Below, piece after piece: positions 10,687-18,034 of a DNA stretch of 19,417 nucleotides; position 1 is the first letter of the stretch; each line of letters starts with the position of its first letter. The notes beneath the pieces are model-generated. The model worked only from the letters and a program-made list of their open reading frames with translations, did not search any database and was not told the DNA's origin. Location: positions 1-19,417 of the forward strand of contig JBFRWD010000072.1 of NCBI GenBank assembly GCA_051439425.1. Direction: 5' to 3'. Made by a program: the position numbers and the translations under genes. Source of the stretch: Synechococcus sp. (GTDB taxonomy: Bacteria; Cyanobacteriota; Cyanobacteriia; Thermostichales; PCC-7336).

Positions 10687-10934
10687 GTTGGGAGGGTTGC
10701 TACAACGCATTCAACAGCTTAGCGACAAACTGCAACCCACTCCAGCCCTTGCTTAGTGGTGCAATACATTCGAGCTGCGTTGTCACATTAATTCAGTCAG
10801 AAAAAGTCAAGCTCAAATATCTCCTACGCGATCGCGGCGCAGTGACTTTACATCTTGCCAAAAATCTACTTTTCACAGAGCAAATAATATACCAGGGGCG
10901 TATCGCATAGACATTGCTGTCATTAATTAACTGA

Positions 10935-11574
10935 TGAGAGCTGGCTAAGGCAAAGAGAAAGAACACGATCTTTGGGAACATACATGTTGTTTATGTTTGT
11001 TATTCAAGAATGATTGCTAGAGATTTACAAAACAAGCTTCATTGAGCATATTCATTTGCCCGTTCTCTATCATATAAATGTAATCAAATAAGTTCATATG
11101 AACCCAAAAATGCTTTCAATCTATTAGGAGGCAAAATTCATTTGCCTACAAAAGAAATATTGTTGGTCTTACGGTAGGCATTTTTCGAGATCGAGGGAAT
11201 GTCCTATTCTCTTTATTAAGATCGCCTTGACAGCGATCTTAATATCCCAGTCCAAATAATTAGACAAATCAGTCTTTCCTGATTCCATCTTAAACAACAA
11301 CTGAAAAAACATTATTTATTCCAGTCAATTTTATACACATCAGAATATCGATTTTAAAGACTTATAAATTAATCACTTGATTTGTTGACAAGATTTGTGA
11401 GGTTATCCGATATGGCTACTTTTACCGTAACTAATACTTGGAACGGCGGTGCTGGTTCTCTTCGTAAGGCGATAGTCGATTCAAACAGTACCGCTGGAGC
11501 GGATGAGATTGAATTTGATTCAAGCTTGTCTGGCAAAAAAATCAATCTCAAGAGTCAGCTCGTAATTTCTGATG
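10935..11574 (+). repeat. Duplicated block, copy A: upstream region plus first 163 nt of paralog 1 (partner 17470-18034)
   Basis: 10953-11012 vs 17488-17547 are 59/60 identical; the intervening non-coding DNA is alignable but more diverged, with ~75 extra nt in copy A. The coding starts differ at about 5 of 163 nt. Confidence 0.95.
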
Positions 11575-14291
11575 ACCTTACTATTAATGGTGATATTGAT
11601 AACGACGGGACGCCAGATATCACCGTAGACGGGAATCAAAAATCTGGTGTTTTTAATATTGATAATGGCAGTACATCTGCGAGCTCTGTTGTTCTTCTCA
11701 ATGGGTTAACGATTTCGGGCGGATATGAGTCTGGGGTCCAAAATAGGGAGGACTTGACGATTACGAATAGCGAGATCTCGGGCAATAGTAATTATGGATA
11801 CGGGGGAGGTATTAATAACGGGGGAACATTGTCACTGATCGGCAGCACAGTCAAAGATAACTCTGTTGTGTACGACTCGGGTGGAGGCATTGCTAATTTT
11901 GGAGACCTATTTATTTCGAACAGCACGGTTAGTGGTAACTCAGCAGGATACCTCGGTCCGACGTCTAACGGTGATGAAATTTCCAGCAGCGGCAATATAG
12001 AGATTGTCAACAGCACTATAAGCGGGAACAGTGGCGAAGTTGTTGCGGGAATCGAGGTTTCTAACGGCTCCGCATCCATCTCCAACAGTACGGTGCTAAC
12101 CAGTACCCAACTTTATAATAGATCTCAACTCAGTTTGAACAATAGTATTACTGGCCCAATCTTTACGGATCGTGCCATTCAAACCAGCGGCATCAACATT
12201 GTGGAAAACGGTGTTGTAACTGGATCGCTAACGCTAGATCCCAAGCTTGGACCGCTTCAAAACAATGGGGGGCCCACCAAAACTCATGCTTTACTGCCCG
12301 GTAGTCCGGCGATTGGCCTTGGCAACAACAGTACCCTACCGGCTGATGTGAAGGATCTGGATGGAGACGGAAATACCTCCGAACCCATTCCATTCGATCA
12401 ACGGGGGGAAGGATTCAATCGCATTGCTAACGGCACTGTTGATATTGGCGCATTTGAAGATAATGGGAGTTCTTCCCTTACCCCTCCCAGTCTCAGCCCC
12501 AGTCTGACTGTCGATACTTTGGTTGATGAAAATGATTTCGATCTCAGCCCTGGGGATGTGTCGCTACGAGAAGCGATTGCGTTTGTCAAGGATGGCGGAA
12601 CGATTAACTTTGACAGCAGTTTATCAGGGGGAACTATCTTATTAAATTCCTCCCTAATTGTCCCTAAATCGCTTTCAATTGAAGGATTGGGGGCAGACCA
12701 ACTAACAGTAGATCAAACAGTATACGATCGCGTATTTCTAGTTGATGACGGCAATGATAGCGTCAATCAAACAGTTGATATTAGCGGTCTCACCATAACA
12801 GGTGGCAGCGGACGATATTTCGGTGGTAGTGGGAGCGGAATCAACAACCAAGAAACTCTGACCATTACAAGCAGTCACATTACCGGTAACGGCGGGACTC
12901 ATATTAGTGGTGGAGGGATCTTTAACGATGAGACTGGCATCCTCACAGTTTCAGATAGCACCATTAGCAACAACTATGCAGGTTTCGGCGGTGGCGCAAT
13001 CGAAAATCTCGGCACTCTGACAGTCTCGAACAGCACAATCAGCGGTAGCGATCAACCTCAATATGATGAAGGAGATCTCTTAAATCAGGAAGGAGCAACG
13101 GCGACGATTATAAATAGTACTTTCAATAATACACATCCAAATAGTGGTGATATCGATATTGTTAACCGGGATGGAACTGTTGAACTAATAAGTTCAATTG
13201 CAACATCTATTGAAAGTTATCTGTATTACGGAGGTTCTATTTCTGCCCAAGACAGCTTGATTGTGAGCGGAACAATTGACAATGATTTGGGTGGAAACAT
13301 TATAGGGGTTAGTCCTAACTTCGATCCTGCAGGATTGAAAGACAATGGTGGTCCGACTCCCACTATTGCACTCCAACAAAACTCTCCTGCTATCGATGCA
13401 GGAAGCAATCCACAAAACTTGAGTTTCGATCAACGTGGAAAAGGCTTCTTAAGAACGGTAGGTCAGCGAACAGATATAGGTGCCTTCGAGGTTCAGTCAG
13501 GAGGTCCAACACCATCTGCCAATCCCTTGCTCTTTAGCCTGAAAAAGAACCAAACAATCAACGGCCTTGCCGCAAAGACAGAAGATATAGTCCAATTTGA
13601 TGGCGAGAAGTTCAGTACGTTCTTCGACGGCTCAGATGTCGGCTTGGGAGGCAAGAAGCCCGCCATCAGTGCGTTTGACGTCATTGGTGACAATAAGGTC
13701 TTGCTATCGTTCGAAAGAAACTTCTGGTTGAAGGGATTTGGCAATGTCAATCGCTCCGATGTTCTTCTCTTTAAGGCAACTAGCTTAGGTCATAGAACCA
13801 GAGGGCGCTTTTCTAAATACTTCGATGGGAGCGATGTAGGGCTGAATGGTTATGCTGAAAATATTGACGGCTTGACAGGTCTAGCGAATGGAAACTTGTT
13901 AATCTCAACCCGAGGCAATTTAAGGGCTAAAGGGGGTTACTCCGCTAAGAACGAGGATGTGTCTCTGTTTGAATTTAGTTCGAATTCCACAGGCAATAAC
14001 ACCAAAGGTACGTTTTCGCAGTATTTCGATGGGGGTGATGTTGGGTTAGGCAGTAGGAGGGTCAATGCCTTTTCACTCGATGAGTCTGACCTACTACTAT
14101 TTTCGACAGACTCTACCTTCAGAAAAGGCAGCCTGAAAGCTGAGAATGAAGATGTCTTTGCCTTTGAACCTAGACGTCTTGGCACGACCACTAGAGGGAG
14201 CTTTGTTGAAGAACTATTCTTTGACGGAAGTCAATATGGGCTACAAAGTAATGACATCTTTGCTGTAGATTCCACATTCAACACTATTTAG
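11412..14291 (+). CDS. Large extracellular-type protein, paralog 1 (959 aa): two tandem [N-cap, beta-helix, choice-of-anchor-Q-like] modules plus four-repeat C-terminal domain
   Basis: ATG 11412 after GAGG; N-cap VTNTWNGGAGSLRKAI; GGGIxN and STISGN repeats; DPKLGPLQNNGGPTKTHALLPGSPAI...DQRG...DIGAFE; second module begins with CSLREA-like DVSLREAI. No Sec signal peptide visible. Confidence 0.9.
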   Translation: MATFTVTNTWNGGAGSLRKAIVDSNSTAGADEIEFDSSLSGKKINLKSQLVISDDLTINGDIDNDGTPDITVDGNQKSGVFNIDNGSTSASSVVLLNGLTISGGYESGVQNREDLTITNSEISGNSNYGYGGGINNGGTLSLIGSTVKDNSVVYDSGGGIANFGDLFISNSTVSGNSAGYLGPTSNGDEISSSGNIEIVNSTISGNSGEVVAGIEVSNGSASISNSTVLTSTQLYNRSQLSLNNSITGPIFTDRAIQTSGINIVENGVVTGSLTLDPKLGPLQNNGGPTKTHALLPGSPAIGLGNNSTLPADVKDLDGDGNTSEPIPFDQRGEGFNRIANGTVDIGAFEDNGSSSLTPPSLSPSLTVDTLVDENDFDLSPGDVSLREAIAFVKDGGTINFDSSLSGGTILLNSSLIVPKSLSIEGLGADQLTVDQTVYDRVFLVDDGNDSVNQTVDISGLTITGGSGRYFGGSGSGINNQETLTITSSHITGNGGTHISGGGIFNDETGILTVSDSTISNNYAGFGGGAIENLGTLTVSNSTISGSDQPQYDEGDLLNQEGATATIINSTFNNTHPNSGDIDIVNRDGTVELISSIATSIESYLYYGGSISAQDSLIVSGTIDNDLGGNIIGVSPNFDPAGLKDNGGPTPTIALQQNSPAIDAGSNPQNLSFDQRGKGFLRTVGQRTDIGAFEVQSGGPTPSANPLLFSLKKNQTINGLAAKTEDIVQFDGEKFSTFFDGSDVGLGGKKPAISAFDVIGDNKVLLSFERNFWLKGFGNVNRSDVLLFKATSLGHRTRGRFSKYFDGSDVGLNGYAENIDGLTGLANGNLLISTRGNLRAKGGYSAKNEDVSLFEFSSNSTGNNTKGTFSQYFDGGDVGLGSRRVNAFSLDESDLLLFSTDSTFRKGSLKAENEDVFAFEPRRLGTTTRGSFVEELFFDGSQYGLQSNDIFAVDSTFNTI

Positions 14292-14426
14292 CCTGACACC
14301 TGACTCAATCGGGGACCTATCTACTCACTTAGGGGGGCGATCTCGAACCGGACTTTGAAACGAGAACGCAGCATTTCTCTTCTGGAGATGCTTGCCGACA
14401 TCAAATGTCGTCGGAGATAGAAGTGA
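13491..14426 (+). repeat. Constant 3' block, copy 1 (C-terminal domain, stop codon and downstream IS remnant)
   Basis: Near-identical to 16519-17458 and to 19075-19417. The coding parts 13527-14291 and 16555-17319 are both 765 nt with no indels. Confidence 0.97.
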
Positions 14427-14545
14427 GTCTTGATAGGTTCAAAGGCAGATAGAAACCTCTGGTTGTGACCCGTTGAGATGAATCGCTTCATCTGACGCGC
14501 TCGATCTCTGGTGGATGCGTAAGACGCTTCCGCTCGATTTTTATC
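14321..14545 (-). mobile_element. IS6-family transposase C-terminal remnant
   Basis: Translation KNRAEASYASTRDRARQMKRFISTGHNQRFLSAFEPIKTHFYLRRHLMSA resembles the IS6-family tail pattern NNRAENSHxPTRxRERxMKRFKSxxxAQRFLS...FxPRRHxLSA (recalled, not searched). The N-terminal part is missing and no terminal inverted repeat was recognised. Confidence 0.8.
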
Positions 14546-14742
14546 CCCTATGTAATCATTGTTCGACACTAAGCAAAAATCTAGCCTTGAGCAACATATT
14601 ATCGTTGCGTCTCAATCAACATGAGAACGCCCATCAGTAGGCCCAAATCTATACTCAGTCGCTTATTGATGACTACAAATCATCGAAAAAAGTTGAGAAC
14701 GAAATCATTAAGTCAGTAAAAGGGTGAATAAGCGAAAGCAAG

Positions 14743-14772
14743 ACTAATACTAAGAGCTGCTCTTAGTTTAGT
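14743..14772. other. Near-perfect inverted repeat between paralogs 1 and 2
   Basis: ACTAAGAGC-T-GCTCTTAGT (14749-14767), extendable by ACTAA/TTAGT with one bulged T. Confidence 0.7.
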
Positions 14773-14869
14773 TGATAGCATCATCTACTTAGATATTGAC
14801 AGCATAGACTTACTTATTTCTATATGTAAACTGTTGCCATTAAGAAGCGTATAAAAAACATATATTCAT

Positions 14870-14899
14870 TTGATACAAGAAGGACAACTCTCATATAAT
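14870..14899 (+). promoter_or_regulatory. Possible sigma70-type promoter for paralog 2
   Basis: TTGATA-18 nt-TATAAT about 220 nt upstream of ATG 15121. The AT-rich context makes chance matches likely. Confidence 0.35.
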
Positions 14900-15120
14900 A
14901 CATATATAGAGTTCATTATTTTTCTTCAGAAACAAATGACTTTCCATATGTGTTAAACAGAATTATTTTTAGGCAACTTAGCTGGAATCTTGTGCATCCA
15001 AGCTTGAACTTATGGGATGTTACTTAGCAATCTTGAGTTTTTATTGGCTTAGCACTAGCACAATCAATTTATCGAAAAGTATATTCTCCTGTTCAGCAAA
15101 AATAAGTAAGGCTTCTTGGC

Positions 15121-17319
15121 ATGGCTACTTTTACCGTAAGCAACACAAATGACAGCGGTTCTGGCTCTCTTCGTAAGGCGATACTTGATGCTAACAACCC
15201 CACAACAAATCCAGGGGCAGATCGGATTGTATTCGCCCCGTCGCTTGACGGAAAGACTATTACTCTCAGCACTGGCGAGCTAGGTATTACGGACAGTCTC
15301 ACTATCGACGGTGATAGAGATGACGACGGGAAACCTGACATTACTGTTGATGCCAATCAAAAATCAAATGTCTTTACAGTCAAAAAAGGAGATGTCATTG
15401 ACTTCTCAGTCGAACTTGATGGACTAGAAATACGAAATGGAATTATTGGGATACAACATCTAAGTGATGGTTCAGATGCTTCCTTTTCTAGTGGAAACTT
15501 TCTAAGTGTAAGGAATAGTACAGTCACAGGAAATTCCAATCATGGAATATCAAATCAAGGGTCGACAGAAATGGATGGGTATGGGAGTGAACTAGCTTCA
15601 ACTACCTCCTTAAAAGTCATTAATAGCCAAATAAAAGACAACGGAAAAGACGGTATCTACAACGGTCGGGTGTATTCTTACTATTACGGCGCCAGTTATC
15701 CCAATGCTGGTTTTTCCGGAAATAATTTACAGATATCAAGAAGCTACATTGGGTCGAACTCTGGGAATGGTGTTACTAATCAAGGGGAATTAGACCTTAC
15801 AGACAGCGAAATTAGAAACAACTCTGGTGACGGGATTTCAAGTCAGAAGCTCTTTGAATCCTTCTCTAACAAATCAATCAACATTCAAAGAAGTAGCATC
15901 AGCAATAATGGTGGTGATGGAATTGAGAATAATTTTGACAGTCATGTATATGGCTTCAAAGGAGGTTATCTTAGTATTGTTGACAGTACTATTAGTGGAA
16001 ATCAGAATTTAGGAGTTAATAATAGCGCATATGCAACCGTTGCTAACAGCACAATAGTAGAAAATCTAGATGGTGGCATTTCGTCTATTGGATCAAGATA
16101 TAGTTTCGATTTTTCGCCTCAAGGTAAACTTGAGGTCTTTAGTAGCACTATAGCTGAAAATCAAGGTGTTGGAATAATCAATAGCGAAATGGCATCCGTT
16201 AGTATTGAAAGCACAATTGTCGCAAATAATACTATCTCCGATCTGGTCAATAATTCGGGAGTCATTAATGCAAGTAATAGTTTGATTGAGAGTGATGCAG
16301 ATCAAATTAACGGGACCAATTCGAATAATATTTTAGGCCAAGACCCACTTCTCGAAATTGAGGGATTAAAAGACAATGGAGGGTCTACCCAAACTATCGC
16401 CCTTCGCCCTGGCTCCCCAGCCATAAACGCAGGAAGCAATCCACAAAACTTTAGTTTCGATCAACGTGGAAAAGGCTTCCGAAGAACAGTAGGGCAAGCA
16501 GATATCGGAGCTTTTGAAGTTCAGTCAGGAGGTCCAACACCATCTGCCAATCCCTTGCTCTTTAGCCTGAAAAAGAACCAAACAATCAACGGCCTTGCCG
16601 TAAAGACAGACGATATAGTCCAATTTGATGGCGAGAAGTTCAGTACGTTCTTTGACGGCTCAGATGTCGGATTGGGAGGCAAGAAGCCTGCCATCAATGC
16701 GTTTGACGTCATTGGTGACAAGAAGGTCTTGCTTTCGTTCGAAAGAAACTTCTGGCTGAAGGGATTTGGCAATGTCAATCGCTCCGATGTTCTACTCTTT
16801 GAGGCAACTAGCCTAGGTCATAGAACTAGAGGGCGCTTTTCAAAATACTTCGATGGGAGCGATGTTGGGCTCAATGGTTATGCCGAAAATATTGACGGCT
16901 TGACCGGACTACCAAATGGAAACTTGTTAATCTCAACCCGAGGAAATTTAAGGGCTAGAGGGGGTTACTCCGCCAGGAACGAGGATGTATCTCTGTTTGA
17001 ATTTGGCTCGAATTCGACGGGGAATAACACCAAGGGTACGTTTTCACAGTATTTCGATGGGGGGGATGTTGGGTTAGGCAGTAGAAGGGTTAATGCCTTT
17101 TCACTCGATGAGTCTGACCTACTACTATTTTCGACAGATGCTACCTTCATGAAAGGCAGCCTGAAAGCTGAGAATGAAGATGTCTTTGCCTTTGAACCTA
17201 GACGTCTTGGCACGACCACTAGAGGGAGCTTTGTTGAAGAACTATTCTTTGACGGAAGTCAGTATGGGCTACAAAGCAATGACATCTTTGCTGTAGATTC
17301 CACATTCAACGCTATTTAG
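15121..17319 (+). CDS. Large extracellular-type protein, paralog 2 (732 aa): one beta-helix/anchor-Q-like module plus four-repeat C-terminal domain
   Basis: MATFTVSNTNDSGSGSLRKAI; NxxxGIxN right-handed beta-helix-type repeats; GLKDNGGSTQTIALRPGSPAINAG...DQRG...DIGAFE; C-terminal domain nearly identical to paralog 1. Confidence 0.9.
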   Translation: MATFTVSNTNDSGSGSLRKAILDANNPTTNPGADRIVFAPSLDGKTITLSTGELGITDSLTIDGDRDDDGKPDITVDANQKSNVFTVKKGDVIDFSVELDGLEIRNGIIGIQHLSDGSDASFSSGNFLSVRNSTVTGNSNHGISNQGSTEMDGYGSELASTTSLKVINSQIKDNGKDGIYNGRVYSYYYGASYPNAGFSGNNLQISRSYIGSNSGNGVTNQGELDLTDSEIRNNSGDGISSQKLFESFSNKSINIQRSSISNNGGDGIENNFDSHVYGFKGGYLSIVDSTISGNQNLGVNNSAYATVANSTIVENLDGGISSIGSRYSFDFSPQGKLEVFSSTIAENQGVGIINSEMASVSIESTIVANNTISDLVNNSGVINASNSLIESDADQINGTNSNNILGQDPLLEIEGLKDNGGSTQTIALRPGSPAINAGSNPQNFSFDQRGKGFRRTVGQADIGAFEVQSGGPTPSANPLLFSLKKNQTINGLAVKTDDIVQFDGEKFSTFFDGSDVGLGGKKPAINAFDVIGDKKVLLSFERNFWLKGFGNVNRSDVLLFEATSLGHRTRGRFSKYFDGSDVGLNGYAENIDGLTGLPNGNLLISTRGNLRARGGYSARNEDVSLFEFGSNSTGNNTKGTFSQYFDGGDVGLGSRRVNAFSLDESDLLLFSTDATFMKGSLKAENEDVFAFEPRRLGTTTRGSFVEELFFDGSQYGLQSNDIFAVDSTFNAI

Positions 17320-17458
17320 TCTGACGGTTTACTCGACTAGGGACTTATCTACTCACTTAAAGACAAGGGCGATCTCGAACCGGACTTTGAAACGAGAACG
17401 CAGCATTTGTCTTCTGTAGATGCTTGCCGACAACAAATGCCGTCGGGGACAGAAGTGA
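16519..17458 (+). repeat. Constant 3' block, copy 2
   Basis: Near-identical to 13491-14426. Strong similarity already begins at 16429 vs 13398 (GCAGGAAGCAATCCACAAAAC). Confidence 0.97.
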
Positions 17459-17460
17459 AT
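17353..17460 (-). mobile_element. Second, shorter copy of the IS6-family transposase remnant
   Basis: Minus strand reads IHFCPRRHLLSASIYRRQMLRSRFKVRFEIALVFK*, homologous to the 3' part of 14321-14545. Confidence 0.72.
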
Positions 17461-17469
17461 ATTGACCAG

Positions 17470-18034
17470 TGAAAGCTGGTAAGGACTAAGAGAAAGAACA
17501 CGATCTTTGGGAACATACATGTTGTTTATGTTTATTATTCAAGAATGGTTTCCAGAGATTTACAAACCAGGCACTATTGAGAATATTCATTTGCCCATTC
17601 TGTATCCTATAAATGGGGATAAATAGGTTTATATGAACGAAAAGTGCTTTCAATCTATTCGTAGGCAAAGTTCATTTACCTACGAAAGAAATAGTGTTTG
17701 TCTTGCTGTAGGGATTTTCGCGATCGCAAAATGTCCTATTCTCCTCATTGATATCGTATTAACAGATATCTGACCATTATTCCGATCGCTTTTATCTATA
17801 TCAGAATATCAGTCTTATCACTTATAAATTAATCACTTAGTTTGTTGACAAGATTCGTGAGGTTATCCGATATGGCTACTTTTACCGTAACTAACACTTG
17901 GAACGGCGGTGCTGGTTCTCTTCGTAAGGCGATAGTCGATTCAAACAAAACCGCTGGAGCGGATAAGATTGAATTTGATTCAAGCTTGTCCGGCAAAAAA
18001 ATCAATCTCAAGAGTCAGCTCGTAATTTCTGATG
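17470..18034 (+). repeat. Duplicated block, copy B: upstream region plus first 163 nt of paralog 3
   Basis: Aligns with 10935-11574. Confidence 0.95.

Noticed and set aside
10096..10722. 208-aa plus-strand ORF and other short overlapping ORFs
   Set aside because: Antisense or alternate-frame to well-supported genes such as dapL, with no independent evidence.
13493..13750. Repeated minus-strand ORFs (13493-13750, 16521-16778, 19077-19334) as a conserved antisense gene family
   Set aside because: Their recurrence follows directly from the near-identical sense-strand repeat.
17655..17735. c-di-GMP-I riboswitch (GGCAAA...GAAA...CGCAAA words)
   Set aside because: Spacing and stems do not fit the motif, and the CGCAAA word is absent from copy A. 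An Rfam scan would settle it.
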